A stretch of DNA of 64,000 nt. It comes from Rhynchobatus australiae (lineage: Eukaryota). Position numbers and translations under genes: made by a program. The notes beneath the pieces are model-generated. The model ran no database searches. It was not told the origin of the DNA and saw only the letters and a list, made by a program, of their open reading frames with translations. Positions 1 through 13,934 of this stretch are shown here, one piece after another (the stretch's first letter is position 1; the number at the start of each line of letters is the position of its first letter). The DNA is taken from the NCBI GenBank assembly GCA_034780895.1, contig JAUZTB010000098.1, forward strand, positions 23,080,113 to 23,144,112, given 5' to 3'.

Positions 1-1105
1 AAGGAAAATTGTGATTACATGCAAAATAACATAAATAAATCCCCAGAATGAGTATGTAATTTGTAAGAGTTTCCACAAAGATAAGTGTGAGATGCTGTGT
101 TTTGATAGGAAGATTACATAATAATTTTACAAAAAGAATCCAGTTGGGTACCTGAGCATACAGGTAGAATACAGACTAAGTTAGTATAAGTAGCAGTGCA
201 GGAAAAGAATGATTTTTTTTGTCAAAGAATTGTATTTTTCATCAAACTCATGTCCAAACAGTGAAGAATTTCTTCTGTTCTGAGGAACCTATAAATTAGT
301 ATAACATTCACTGAATTAGATTAGTGTAGTTTGAGCAATGGTAGGCTATCCATAAAATTGAGTAAAATGAAAATTGAATTCAGTTTTCACTTGTAAATGC
401 TTGACTCTCTTGGGTCTGGGGTAAGGCATCAAGGGACAATAATTGTAAACCCTTTGGCTTAAGCTGCTTTGGAATCTTTGGATTATTGACACTATTTATT
501 AATTATCTTGGACTATTTCTGGACTGAAATGATCTGGAGAAACAGCAACAATGGGAATAAGACAATTGCACAGTTGAATTTGAATAAAATTTGCAACTAT
601 TTTGATGGGATATTATGTTTGGGATTGCAACTTATTGAAGGGGGAAACAGTTCATCCTGCAGTCACCTTTTTACATAATTTGGAAATTCATTTCAGTTTT
701 ATTGAGAGGCTAATGATTGTAAAATCTGAATCATCATCCCATATTTTCCTGAAAAATGGTGACAGTTCTGTATGGTTCCATCACATTTGTGCATGTAACT
801 AATCACAAGTTTGGGACTGTTGCATAACTACGTAAATCCTGAATTGATTGGGAAACTTCTGTTGAAATTTGTCAGCTCTGACTTTGTACTCGTCTAAAAG
901 TTATGTCAACTTTTTGCAGACCCCCCCCCCCCAAGCAGTTATACTGAGAAATTTGCCTGCCGAACCTTCAGAAGCTTGTTTGTTTCATTGATGNNNNNNN
1001 NNNNNNNNNNNNNNNNNNNNNNNNNNNNNNNNNNNNNNNNNNNNNNNNNNNNNNNNNNNNNNNNNNNNNNNNNNNNNNNNNNNNNNNNNNNNNTTAGAAA
1101 TTACT

Positions 1106-1129
1106 GAGAGAGAGAGAGAGAGAGAGAGA
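1106..1129. repeat. (GA)n microsatellite
   Basis: Direct observation. Confidence 0.95.
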
Positions 1130-1379
1130 GCAATTCATAATTAACTGCTTGAGTTCATTTAAATGTTTTTAATTGTACTTAATTTTTTTCATTTTTTTAA
1201 TGATTTAAGAATTTTTATCAGATTTTGAATTTGTGAGCATTAGAAACATTCAGTTTGTTTGTCAACTTCAACAGTTGATCAAGCTTGGGACTTAGTGAAG
1301 CATTTCTGTAGGGTTTACAGCTGGATTATTGATCAAGTTGGGGCCAGCTTTGGACACCAATTTGAGTCATGGTTATATA

Positions 1380-2255
1380 GTGAGGATATGGGCCCTTCAC
1401 CTCAACTCATCCATGCTAATCAAATTGTCTACCTGAACTAGTCCCATTTTCCTCCATTTGGTTCATATCCCTCTAAACTTTTCCTATCCGTGTACATGTC
1501 TAAATATATTTTATGCATTGTAATTACATCCACCTCTACAGCTTCCTCTGGCAGCTCATTCCTTATATCCACCATCCTCTGTGTGGGGGAGGAACTTGTC
1601 CTTAGTTCCATTTTAAATCTTTCCCCTCTCACCTTAAATCTATGCCCTCTATAAGACTCCCTTGCCCTGGGGAAAATGACTGTGATCATTCACCTTGTAT
1701 GTGCCCCTCATGATTTTATAAACTTCTCTAAGGTCACACCTCAGCGTCCTACATTCCAGGGAAAAAGTCACAGCCTCTTCAGCCCTCCTTGTAACTTAAG
1801 ACTTCCAGTTCTGATAACATCCTAGTGAATCTTTCCTGCACCATTTCCAGCTTAATGACATCCTTCCTATAGCTGGGCAACCAAAAAACTGTGTTGTCTC
1901 ATCAATGACTTGTATTGTTGTAACATGACAGTCCAATTCCTGTACTCATTGCCCTGACTGGTGAAGGCAAGCATGCCAAACATGTTCTTCACCACCTTGT
2001 TTACCAGTGTTCCCAATTTCAGGAAACTATATACTTGTATCTCTTGGCTCTCTGTTTTACAATACTCTCCGGGGCCCTGCCATTTATGTGCAAGTCCAGC
2101 CCTGGTTTAACTTACCAAGTACAACACCTCGCACTTGTCTGAGTTAAATTCCACCTGACATTCTTTGGCCCATTTCTGCAGTTGTTTGAGATCCCTTTGT
2201 AATCTTTGGTAACCCTCTTCACTGACCGTGATACCACCAATTCTGGTGTCCTCTA
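1380..2255 (-). mobile_element. CR1/HER1 LINE, 3' fragment
   Basis: ORF 1438-1689 reads RGHRFKVRGERFK..IRNELPEEAVE (CR1 ORF2 C-terminus), plus a CR1 3' tail. Confidence 0.85.
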
Positions 2256-2729
2256 CAAGAATGCAGAGCAGCTCCCAGCTCCAGGTTCTGCTGTTTATTT
2301 CTGTGCAATTTTATTGTGGACAAACCATTTTGAATACTGCCGAATACTTTTGTTTGGGTAAGGAAATTTTTTTGCAAGCAGAACGAATAGGGAGTTGTTT
2401 GATATTTGTCAGATTTTAATTTTTTGCCTCAAATTAAGAAACCTAGTTGAAAGACAAACATTATATTTCATATCCTGTAGTAAGAAGAAAAAATGGAACA
2501 AAAATCCCTCAGTAATGTTTAACTTAAACTGCACTTCTGTTTTGGAGAAATGCAGGCTAAGGATATAAAATGTATTTATTCAGGAACTTTGATAACCTCA
2601 GCATGTTACAGCCTTCTGTGTATTATTGAAATACAGTCATTGTAACTTGGGAAATTATTGCAATCAATTTCTGCAGTTCAGCCTGTAAATAACAACCTGT
2701 AACCCGTTTCAATAAAATAGAAGAAAGGA

Positions 2730-2925
2730 TGATTATTTGCCTGGGCACCAGAAAATGTGCCATTTCCTCTTGGAAAAGAGCCATTGTATTTTTCATGCCT
2801 TCAGGATCTAGGACTAATTTCATAATTTAACACTTCACTTGAAAAACAGTAGTTCTAACAGTAGTGCAGAGTTCCCTCAGTACTGCACTGAAATATCATG
2901 TTCATTTTTCTGTTCAGAAGTTGGA
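2730..2925 (-). mobile_element. Ancient Deu-domain SINE (SacSINE1/AmnSINE1-like)
   Basis: Motif acagtagtgcagagttccctcagtactgcactg resembles the Deu-domain consensus as recalled. Confidence 0.55.
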
Positions 2926-3678
2926 AAGCTGGCTGGAGCCATGGCTATTTCTTTAAAAAATATAGGTGGGAAGAATGGCTTTTAGAGGTAAGGTCATCCT
3001 TGTTTCAGAGAAATGTTTGGCTTGGCTGTTCACGTTGAATGATACAGACTCCTGCCTGAGTAGAACTTGGTAATTATTCTGAGTCTCAGATCTGGCAAAA
3101 GCTTAAATTTCCACCTCAGAAAGGTCTACTTTTTGATTGATCATTTGCATGAAAGTCAAGATGAGATGTACTGTATCTTTCTGTTCTGCTTAATTTGGAT
3201 TCTTTGTTCAGACAGTAGTTGGAAAGAAGGATATTCAACACTTTCATCTTCTGTGCACACAGTGTGGTTTGAAATATGGAATCTTGACAAGAGTAATTTA
3301 CCACATTGACTGTTCTGATATGTGGTCACCATGTTAATATTTCTCATGTCTCTTATCATGCTCAAATGTGAGGTCCTATGTATTGATATTTGATGGATTT
3401 GCAGTAAAATCTGAAGATATACTATTGTGAAAGTGTGCTCTGAATTANNNNNNNNNNNNNNNNNNNNNNNNNNNNNNNNNNNNNNNNNNNNNNNNNNNNN
3501 NNNNNNNNNNNNNNNNNNNNNNNNNNNNNNNNNNNNNNNNNNNNNNNNNNNNNNNNNNNNNNNNNNNNNNNNNNNNNNNNNNNNNNNNNNNNNNNNNNNN
3601 NNNNNNNNNNNNNNNNNNNNNNNNNNNNNNNNNNNNNNNNNNNNNNNNNNNNNNNNNNNNNNNNNNNNNNNNNNNNNN

Positions 3679-3912
3679 GATGAGGGTTCAATTCTGCCGC
3701 TGTCTGTAAGGAGTTTGTACGTTCTCTCTGTGTCTGCATGGGTTTCCTCCCATATTCCAAAGACATGTAGGTTAGGAGCTGTGGGCATGCTATTTTGGTG
3801 CTGGAAGAGTGGCAACACTTACGGGCTGCCCCAGCATATTCTCAATAACACAAAAAGATGCATTTCAGTGTGTGTTTCGATGTATATGTGACTAATAAAT
3901 AAATATCTTATT
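3679..3912 (+). mobile_element. V-SINE (HE1-like), tail type B, 5' end in gap
   Basis: B box ggttcaattc; V-domain gtaaggagtttgtacgttctc...gggtttcctcc; tail ends gtgactaataaa. Confidence 0.85.
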
Positions 3913-4000
3913 TTCTAATATTTTGAATCATTCAAAGCATAACTCTTCACTAACTGAAGATAGTTCAGATAAACTTAAAGGTCTTCTGTGCCTGGTTTGT

Positions 4001-4123
4001 TGTGCTTTTTTTACATGAGGCTTGACAGTTCATTGGAGCCTTCTCTGGAACTCAAGTGTTCGTGTGCTGTTTTTACATGAGGCTTGACAGTTCATTGGAG
4101 CCTTCTCTGGAGCTCAAGTGTTC
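4001..4123. repeat. Two-copy tandem duplication, period 62 bp
   Basis: tgtgc...ttacatgaggcttgacagttcattggagccttctctgg..ctcaagtgttc occurs twice with few mismatches. Confidence 0.9.
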
Positions 4124-4399
4124 TTTAATGTCTTTTGAAGTTTTCAATTTATAGTTTATAGAGATATCCTTATTAGCTTGTGATGTATGCGTTTTTTGTT
4201 ACTGTGGTTGTCTGGCAATGCGTATTGCAAGCTTAGCAAAGATAGAAAGTGATTTCTGATTTGCACCATCTCTGAGTTTTAATATTAAAATGCAGTGCTA
4301 GGATGCAGCTGGGTCCAGGGATTAAGTAAAATGATATCTCCTGGAGGTTAGGATTTGTGCTGTTTCACCTTGATTCTGCACTCCATCCACCACCCTAAC

Positions 4400-4935
4400 C
4401 ACTCACTCGCCCCACAACTGAAGGCCTGCGGTATGCATCACCTACAAAATACACAGCAATTATTTTCTCAGACTTGTTTGATTGAATCTTGGAAAACTTA
4501 CCACTTGGGTGTAGGTGAGTCAGCCCATGGTGTCTATGTTGATGGAAAGAGAAATCCCCAATCAAATCTCAGCTTCTAGCACTTGCCCTGCAGTACACAG
4601 CTCTTCCAAGTACACATCCAACTGGTTTAGATGTGAGCGCACCTTTAAAACCTACAATCCCTGTTGCTAAGAGGTACAATGGGAGCAAGCAAATGAAAGG
4701 ACAGAAATTTCCCTCATGGCATATGACAAATTTACCTGGCTTGGTAAAGTATTATCATTGCATTGTTGTGTCTGAATCATGGAACTCCTTACCTTGTAGC
4801 ACTGTGGGGTTACCTTCTGCTGACAGCAGTAGCAATTTGAGAAGTTCATTTGCCACTACTACCTGAAGGACATTTGTTGAAGGACAACCAATGCTGACTT
4901 TGCCCCTGCTGCCTTCATCCTTTAACTGAATAGAA
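4400..4935 (+). mobile_element. Old LINE (CR1/L2 superfamily) 3' end
   Basis: ggaactccttaccttgtagcactgtggg (WNSLP motif). Tail shared with 8855-8930 and with 21340-21610 on the minus strand. Confidence 0.55.
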
Positions 4936-4949
4936 AAATAATATTTTGC

Positions 4950-5430
4950 TTAAGTGTGGTTGGTTAGACCAGACTTGGAGTATTGCAGGTGTACAAAATG
5001 TTGGTTAGACATGGAGTGCTGTATACAGTGTAGTCGCCACGCTATAGGAAGGATGTGATCAAGCCAGAGATGGTGCAGAAAATATTCACGAGGATGTTGC
5101 TTGGATTGGGGGGCTCGAGTTAAAAGGAGAAATTGGATAGGCTGGGACTGTTTTCCCATGCGAAGGAGACTGAGGGGTGACCTTATAGAGGGATATAAAA
5201 TCATGAGAGCCACAGGGTAACTAGTCTTTTTCCTGTGGTAAGGGAGGCTAAGACAGGAGGGCATAGGTTTAAGGTGAGAGGGGAAAGATTTAAAAGGGAT
5301 CTGAAGGGCAGATTTTGCCACACAGTGATGGTGGGTACAGGGAACATACTGCCAGAGGAGATGGTAAAGGCAGGTACAATTACGATGCTTTTGGACAGGT
5401 ATGTGGATGGGAAAGGTTTAGAGGGATAGG
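4950..5430 (+). mobile_element. CR1/HER1 LINE fragment
   Basis: VRPDLEYC.. and GHRFKVRGERFKRDLKG motifs. Confidence 0.88.
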
Positions 5431-5629
5431 NNNNNNNNNNNNNNNNNNNNNNNNNNNNNNNNNNNNNNNNNNNNNNNNNNNNNNNNNNNNNNNNNNNNNN
5501 NNNNNNNNNNNNNNNNNNNNNNNNNNNNNNNNNNNNNNNNNNNNNNNNNNNNNNNNNNNNNNNNNNNNNNNNNNNNNNNNNNNNNNNNNNNNNNNNNNNN
5601 NNNNNNNCTTATAGCATTTTTAATGATTT

Positions 5630-5826
5630 AATGATCACACTCAACAGTTCAGAAACAATTTTTTCCTCTCCACCTTCAGATTTCTCAGCAGTCCATGAAC
5701 ACTATCTCATTATCCCTTTATTTATTTATGTAATTGATCATAATTTTATGTCTTTGTTTTGCAGCAGCAGTACAGTACAACAAATTTCACATCATCTAAG
5801 TCCGTAATAATAAATCTGATTCTGAT
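5630..5826 (+). mobile_element. Rex1/Babar-like LINE 3' tail (second family)
   Basis: QFRNNFFLSTFRFL-like ORF end, then aataaatctgattctga terminus. Confidence 0.5.
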
Positions 5827-7289
5827 TTCAGCAGTGTCGAAACTTAATAACCATTCTTTTGTCCCCAAATGGTATCAAATGTATTTAAGACAATGGGAAT
5901 CTCTGCCAGCCCACAAATATGTCATGGTATTTTAATCCCAAACCATATCTGTAGCTGCAATATAAATACACCCCTAAATAATTCAAGCAAGATTTCATCT
6001 GTCTAGCTGTAACCCTATGCCAGCAGCATATTCTTAAAGTTATTATATCCAATATCAATTGGGCTTGTGAAGTTAAGAGTTCTTAGTGACCTGAGACCAT
6101 GGTTCACCAGAACCTGAGTGTCCAGAAAATTCAACTTCTTATGGAAAAGTATGGTTATTTTTGATTTACTAGCAGCACTGAAGATGAAAGGCTTTTTAAA
6201 AAAAAGTATTTGATTTGACTGTCTTTGGCAGCAGTTTTCATTTCATCATGTTTATTATCATCTTGCCCCACTATGTCCAAAATTTGAAGAGGGGCAAGTC
6301 CTGATATTTTTTCTGTGGAGCAGGTTAGTGTGCCAGTGAGGGTTGAATGTGGTCTTGGCATTTTACTGACTTGTTATTTATTGAATAGTGGGGNNNNNNN
6401 NNNNNNNNNNNNNNNNNNNNNNNNNNNNNNNNNNNNNNNNNNNNNNNNNNNNNNNNNNNNNNNNNNNNNNNNNNNNNNNNNNNNNNNNNNNNNAAAAAGA
6501 CCCTCCGTGATTTTATTGAATAGTGGGGCAGAGGTTTTCGTTCAACATTCCACTTCAGTGAGGTGTTGAGCGAAGACCAGATGCAGGGAGCAGGCAAAGC
6601 ATTCCTGGGATTTTACTTTCCTCTCTCTTGTTCTAAGTTGCCTCTGGGCAAATTACTTAATAATGTCATTGTCTGACAGACTTGCCCATCTGTTGTCATG
6701 GCCTTTCAAAGAAAATGGGAACTGAGAAGGAAATCCATTCTTCCCGCAAGTGCTTCCAGTTTATTTGTATTTTCAAACACTGTTGGGGCAACTTAGATAT
6801 TTTTGAGATCAATCTTTCCTTTTTATGGAGTTCACCATTATTGTAGCCTATTGTCCATTAATTAATGTGAGGGTTTTATGGTGCATGAAGTGTGGACAGA
6901 TGCATCCTGTTTGGACTTGGTCATGCATATGCACTTCTGTTTCTGCTCATCAACAAATATTACATTCAAAGATAAAGGACGTGGAAAACAACTGGTGTTT
7001 CTCCAGTGACTCCGCAAATACTGATATGTTATTTAAATGAATCTTGAAGGAACTTCAAAAGTAATATTTACATAAAATGACATTTTACTGTGTGATTGGG
7101 AGTTGGGTAGAATAATGTGGTTTGCACAGGTGTAAGTGGTGAGGTGATCTGCTTCCTTTAATGCTACAAACATTTGTGCATATTGTACTTGCATTGTTAG
7201 AGAAATTAATTTTGATCTGAATTTGAGAGTATTTATCCCACTTACATTTGACTTTTCATCTCATTTGAAACCAACAGCAGTTGATCTGA

Positions 7290-7445
7290 AGACATGAGAC
7301 TGTAGATGCTGGAATCTAGAGCCAACAGAGAACTGCTGGAGGAACTCAGTGGGTCAAGCAGCAACTTTTGGAGGCACAGGGATGGTCATTTTGCATCCAC
7401 AGATACTGCTCGAACCCCTGAGTTCCTCCAGCAGTTTGTTTTTTT
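7290..7445. mobile_element. Fold-back Penelope-derived element
   Basis: Perfect 19-bp inverted repeat 7331-7349 / 7418-7436, and the agatgctgga motif shared with other copies. Confidence 0.7.
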
Positions 7446-7799
7446 CAGCAGTTGATTTGGACTTAGCTATGTCTTTTAACTTAAGGAATCCTGGTGTAGT
7501 GCATACATTAAATCAACCTGAATTGGTGCTCAGCAATGTTGAGTTTCAAATACATTAAGGACAACTTAATCTTCTTGTTCAGCATTACGAGGTTTGAGAA
7601 AATTGTAGTGTTGATGATTTCAGGACAGCAGAAACAAGTGTATTCCACAGGAGACAAGAGGGAAAACTAAGATGATAGTTAATCTGTATCCCTGCAATCA
7701 GTCAAGCACACCACCTCAGGCTGTGTCTTACTCTTTGTTCCAATAAAGGTAACACCACTGCAGACATCTGCATGAATAGATGCACCTGGAGGTCCAAAG

Positions 7800-8400
7800 C
7801 ATATGTGATCCAACTGTTCTTAAATAGAATATAAAATCAGGGAAATTTATTGAACCTTAAAGTTCTGGTGAGGCCACCATTGAAGTACTGCCTCCAGTTC
7901 TGGTTATCACACTTTAGGTTGGATGTAAAAGCCCTTGAGAGGATTTGGATGATTAATGGTAGAATAAATTCAGGGATGAGGGATTTTGGATAAAAAGTCA
8001 GTTTAATGAGTCTGGGGTAGTTTGTCTCAGTACAAAGATGATTGAGAGGAGATTTGATGCATATGTATTTGATTATTACAGATTTGTGTATGGTAGTTAA
8101 AGAGATGCTGTTCCCATCAGTTCAAGGACCAAGGGTAGATATTGGGCCAAGGGATTCAGGGGTATATGAGCAAAGCACCTAATTACGCAATGAATACTGA
8201 TAGCCTGGAACGTACTCCCTTTAAATGTGGTGGCAGTGGGGATGATCAGTGATTTAAAAATGAAGTTGGATTGGCAATGAAACATAATTAACTTGCAGGT
8301 TCATGCTGATAGAACAGGGGAATGATGTCGACTGGATTGCTCTGGGAAAAGCCTGCATGGACTTGATTGGCCAAATGAAATCCTCCTTTGCCATTATGAC
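7800..8400 (+). mobile_element. Old CR1 LINE 3' fragment
   Basis: LVRPPLKYCLQFW and AWNVLP motifs, with a CR1-type tail. Confidence 0.75.
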
Positions 8401-8631
8401 TCTGCTCATCTGTAGAAATAGGATAAACACCACTGACATTACACAGAAGTGCAAGTCAATGATGATCTCCAATATGAGTCTTAACCACCAATCCCTGACA
8501 TTCATTGGTGTTACTTTGGCTGAGTTTCCAACCATCAACATCATATGCATAAATGCTACCACCAAGGAGGACAAAGGCAGCAGTACTCAAAAGCAAAATC
8601 ATCTGAAGGTCAAAGTCGAGTTTATTGTCAT

Positions 8632-8851
8632 ATGACAGTGCAGCAGTTAGTGTAATGCTTTACAGCGCCAGTGACCCAGGTTCAATTCCAGCTGCTGTCT
8701 GTAAGGAGTTGGTATGTTCTCCCCAGGTCTGCATGGGTTTCCTCCAGGTGCTCCAGTTTCCTTCCACATTCCAAAAGAAGTATGGATTCAGAAGTTGTGG
8801 GCATGCTATGTTGGCACCAGAAGCAAGGTGACATTTGTGGGCTGCCCCCAG
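8632..8851 (+). mobile_element. V-SINE, tail type B (partial)
   Basis: tRNA-like head with B box ggttcaattcc, V domain, tail tgtgggcatgctatgttggcacc. Confidence 0.85.
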
Positions 8852-10529
8852 TTTCATCACCACCTTCCATTGGGCTACTAGGGGGCAGGCAATAAATGTT
8901 AGTCTTGCCCCCAATGTCTGCATTGCAAAAAATTGGGGGTGGGCGGGGTGGGGGGAAGGAAATTAAGGTCTCATGGTGTTATTTGAAGAAAGCCTTGGGG
9001 CTTTTGTAATTTTCTTTTCATCATCACTCACAACAAAAGAACTAATTTGTTTTTCTTTTTAACTGACTGGTGAAATCTGGAAATGTGCACATTTGTCTTC
9101 TTATAAGTGGGGACTGTTTTCAAAGGCAATTCAAAATAATGATGAAGAGCACTTGAGGTACAAACCTATTCTTTTATCATATCCTTCAGCTATTGGACAA
9201 CAAATTTCAATGCCACTTTAATAAATACATTTCCTTCCAATTATTACAATGAGTTAAACCTTTCTTCCTTGTATTTTTGCCAACTGCTTTTACACTGAAT
9301 TTAATGAGTTTCTGATACGGTGAGTTCACAAAGTAAAATTCTTTGGCTGGCAAGCTCAAAATAAACATGTCAGATTCAGTGTGGTCAGGTGCTGGTGAAG
9401 GCCATTGGGCTGATACTTGTTACAAAAAAAATCAAATCCATTGTTCATTGTGCTGATGCCAGCTGCGCAAGACCTGACCCATGTGTTGGTAACTGCTGGT
9501 GCAAACACCTGCCTAACGTCAATATAAAATGACAACTTCAAACAAGTAATATCTGATGGAACCTCAAAAGTCAATTCAATGGGTCTTATTTTATACTGAG
9601 TGCTTTTACTGGCCCTTTTCAGTGAGGTGAGTTGGGGAGGGGAGTCGGGCTGATTTTTCTTACTGCACGGTAGCAAATTGGTGTCGAGGAGCTACTGCAT
9701 TTGTAGCTTGACTTGGTTCTACCATGTGGATTTGGAAATTGAGCCAGATGATGATGAGAACAAGTGAGGTCAAGAGTAAGAACTGTAAGTCATTAGCTGG
9801 AATTTCTAATTTGTGATATCACAAAAGAATGTAGTCAGGCAAATGTAATTTCCTGATGTGCACTGTGCTAATGAGGAAAGCAATCATGGAAAATTTAGGG
9901 GAAAAAGAAGTAGTTAAAAATTAGATATGGTTGTAAGGATATTGGAAGAACAAATGAACTTGGATTGTCTGGATTAACTCCCAAAATGCACAGCTGTGGG
10001 TACATCAGTGTAAATCGCTATGCATGAAGATAATCATGGGACACAGAACTTTAGGTGAGCTCTGGAGAGAATTGCTAATATGTGTGATTGTGTTACTCAT
10101 GTTAAACATGCTAGCTGTGATACACCAACCTCAAGGCAATTATATTAAACAGACTCAAAATTAAGCTGAATAAATCAAACACCAGTTCAAAAGAAATGCT
10201 TTTCAAAATTTTAAAGTTGACTGATGATTGGATTATAGTGCAAATTGTTTGCCTTATTGTCATTTGGAGTCTTCTTCGTCACTTCTCAGAAGTAAACCAT
10301 TGTAAAATTGACTGCCAGTCTTTATGTGAAAATAACTAATAAAAATATATTTTGATTCGTTTATCTTTAACGATTACTGTTATGTAGNNNNNATTAAATT
10401 AGATACTGCTTGGCCACCATACTTTTTGGACAATGTTGAATGATATTTCCAGTTGTAAAAAATATCAGTTACAGCTATGAACATTAAACACAATCTTGAA
10501 TTATATCTCAAGTTGCTCAGACTCTGTAC

Positions 10530-10870
10530 TCCAGCTTAAATGATTTGATAGGATAGAGAGGGAGAAACTATTTGCACTGGGGCACTGTTCAGGACTCGAA
10601 AGCATAATGTAAAAAATATAGCAAAGCCTTTCAGGGATGATATCACAAAATACTTAATCACACAGAGGTGTATTTGAATCTGACGAATAGTGTCCCCACA
10701 AACTGTTGGGAGTAATCGGCTAAAGACTTAAAATGGAAATGGATAGGTTTCTGTGAAGCAAGGGAATTGCGGGAGATTACATCAAGGCAGGGAAATGAAG
10801 TTGAGATGTATATCACCCACAATCTTATAGAACAGTGAAACAAGCAAGAGAGGTTGAAGGACTCCTAATC
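10530..10870 (+). mobile_element. Old CR1 3' fragment
   Basis: gatagagagggagaaactattt start and a degenerate CR1 tail. Confidence 0.6.
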
Positions 10871-11014
10871 CTAGCTGTGAATGCAGTTTTATGTGTTCTT
10901 ATCCAATCTATTGTAGATTTTGAGAGTAGTTCCACTTTTTACTGAGGAATAGGGTAAGAGCTTGTTATTTCTACAAATTAAAACTTTGTTGCACTACAGA
11001 GCTTCGCTAATGAC

Positions 11015-11182
11015 TGAAAATCAAAAAATCTGCAGATGCTGGAAATCTAAAATAAAGACAGGATAAGCTGTAAATCGTCAGCAAGTCAGGCTGCATTGTC
11101 TTGAAACTTTAACTCTGTTTCTCTTCCCACAGATGCAGGCTGACCTGCTGAGTACTTCCAGCATTTTTTGTTCTAATTTTCA
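11015..11182. mobile_element. Fold-back Penelope-derived element
   Basis: ctgcagatgctggaaatct...tcagcaagtcagg is paired with ctgacctgctgagtacttccagcat. Confidence 0.7.
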
Positions 11183-11429
11183 GTCATGAGTCTTGTCCTG
11201 AATCAGTAATTGGTCTCAATTACAAAGGTGGCCTTGTGAAAAATATTCACATGATATTTGGCAAAATGGCAATGATATCAGCATGTTTTATTCCATCACC
11301 AAGATCGTCGAAGTGGACTAGTACTGCAATAACTGTTTCAGCCCATTTGCTGCAGTAACATGAATCTATGTCATCATTACCTTCAGACTCACTACTTCTA
11401 ATACTCTCCACATTAGCTTCTCATTTTCC

Positions 11430-11830
11430 AAACTTCATAAATGTTACCAAAGCTATGGTGCTTGTGGGAACCAAGTCCCATTTACTCATCACCTTTATCC
11501 TCTGCATTTTCTTTTCCAAGGCAGTGTCTCAGTTTTAAAATTAATGAATTTACTCTGAAGTCCCTCAATGGCCTCACCCCTCTCATCTTTGTAACCTCCT
11601 TGTCAGCTTTGTGGATCCTCCTGTTTTAGCATCTTGCTCATGCATAATTTTCATTGCTTTGATATTGCAGCTCTCTGTGTCTAAGTTCTGGACTTTGCAA
11701 TTCCACTTCTTTGCATTTTTCCTGTACTGTCAGCGCATAATTAAAGTCGTCTTTGGTCATCTCTCCAATGTCCTTTTAGATAATTCAGCGCAACATTTTG
11801 TCTGATATTACTGTCAAACACCTTGGGATA
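11430..11830 (+). mobile_element. L2 LINE 3' fragment
   Basis: RQCLSFKINEFTLKSLNGLTP resembles the L2 motif RIDFKILLLVFKSLHGLAP. Confidence 0.6.
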
Positions 11831-11869
11831 TTTGCCACAAAAATATCACAGAAGCACAAGGCGTACAAA

Positions 11870-12170
11870 ATTCTGACAAGGCTACATGCCTGAAGGATGT
11901 TTCCACTGACTGGAAGTCACAGTCTCAGGACCTAGGATAAATCATTTTGGACTGAGATGGGGGGAAAAAAAATCTTTACTCAAAGGGTGAGGAATTGTAT
12001 AATTGTGGAGGCCTTATCACAATATATTGAAGAAGGAGATCCATTTTAGACACAAAAGGCATCAAGAGGTATGAGGAAAGAATAGATTATGATATTGAGG
12101 ACCAACCTTGATCACACTGAATGGTGGAGAAATTCAAAAGGTTGAAGGGCTGCATAGGCTACTCCTTTTT
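11870..12170 (+). mobile_element. Old CR1 3' fragment
   Basis: tttactcaaagggtg and tail gatcacactgaatggtggag...ctactcct. Confidence 0.6.
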
Positions 12171-12269
12171 TATGCTTTTACATTCTAAATATTGGTAAAG
12201 TATAAATGAAAGGTGCCAAAGAGAGAACATCAGCTTGTATTGCACTTTCAAAGGCTTAGGAGACAATAT

Positions 12270-12850
12270 AAGACTTGCAGACAATGAGGTGCTGTATTTT
12301 GAAATGTCAACACTTTTCCAATATAGGAAAATATATCAGCCAATTTGTGCACAGTATGTTCTTGAGTAGCAATGGTGGTAACTAATCTGTTTTAATGATG
12401 TTATTTGAAGGACTCAAGTTGGCCAGAATTGTAAATATGTAAAGTGAACCTGTAAATGTGTGGGGTGATCTGATGCTGTGGTAACTTCGGAAAAGGGATT
12501 TGACATGAACTTAATTGACATGGTTATGATCTAAAAACAAAACTGTGGTGTTTAAATCTAGGTTGGCCATCCCTATCTGAGCACTGGTCCAATCACCATG
12601 GGTTGAATGGAATTGATGCTCTCAGATTATATGACTCTTGGTCTCTGGGAAATCTATCTTTCCTACTTTTAATAATGCCATGTGATTAATAAATCCATGT
12701 GAGAGCATAAACCGGAATTTAGCTTAATGCCTGTCTGACAATTACCACCTCTTTGCCCAAGTGCACTGAAGTGTCAACTAGATTAGGTGCTTAATTTCCT
12801 GGATTGGGTCCATTTATGCAACACTGAGGTGAGGTGCTACCACAGGAGAT
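12270..12850 (-). mobile_element. Ancient Deu-domain SINE interrupted by a CR1 tail (about 12440-12640)
   Basis: cagccaatttgtgcacag, aatgccatg and gcactgaagtgtcaactagatt motifs. Confidence 0.5.
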
Positions 12851-13019
12851 GCTAACTTCCAATGTAAAGGTAATGTTTACTTTTATTAAACTTAAAATTG
12901 TTCACATAATGAAGTCTGGTCATGATCAGTGAGCTTCTGTGAAATTGAAAGTCAATTTTACTGCATAATCTTTCACAGGTGTTGGTTAATTCCTGCTAAT
13001 CTTAGGTCTGGAATATAAG

Positions 13020-13934
13020 AAAATTGGCAATGATTTAGAGCATTATCACTATGCTACGTGCTTCAGCATTATGACCCCTCTAATCTGGCATTTTTCTGTT
13101 TTATGGATATTGTCAAGCATATCCTTGCATGTCAGCACTTTTAACGAATGTTCTTGTTTTGCAAGAGGAAGCATATGGCTTCAGTGAAGAGATAAGGATG
13201 TTTACGATGACTTATGAGCTCTGTATGTTTCTTGGTATTGGCCTTTTATGTCCCCATGTACAACTTAAAATATTGTTGTATTTAAAAATTATGAAATTTA
13301 TAATTTAAAATGATAAAATCCTTCACTTGTTTTCCCAAAGTGTTCCACGCTGCCTTGAAGTGAACTTCGACATATTTAAATAGCCATCACTTTTCATTTA
13401 ATTTTCTCATGCACGTATGCACGAACTTTATTTTACCAGCTTTGTATTGTTAAATAATGATCCTTTACTTCATTTTTCAGCCAGTTTGTGTGTTTGTTAT
13501 TTAAAATATACACAGGGGCAATTCAGTAACCTCAGCCTTCCCATAAGGGCAATGCACCAAATAGATTTTCACGGAGGAGGCGTACAACAAGCAATGCTTG
13601 AATAACCCTGCATTACGCACCCTGCCAGGTATTTCTGTACCATGAAAATTAGGCTGATTTGTACAGTTGACAGACGATCTGTTATTACCTGTCTTGAGTC
13701 CCTGCTGAAGTTCAAAATATGGGTAATGATCCAACTTCCCGCTCTTGCCGACAGAACTGTTGTCAGTTGCATAAAAAATAGGGAAAGTACTTGTGTATGA
13801 TGTCATGCATGTTAGAATCAGAATGATTTGTTCCGATTATCTGGATCCTTGATGCTTGTGGAAGCCACATACCAGTCTTCAAACAAAGCTGCTGAACACA
13901 AGCTGTGATAGATTTTGTGTTTAGCTGTTGTGGA
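13020..13934 (+). promoter_or_regulatory. Candidate intronic promoter or conserved non-coding block
   Basis: No recognisable repeat, visibly more CpG than flanking intron, TATA-like CATAAAA at about 13770 upstream of the candidate exon. Confidence 0.3.
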
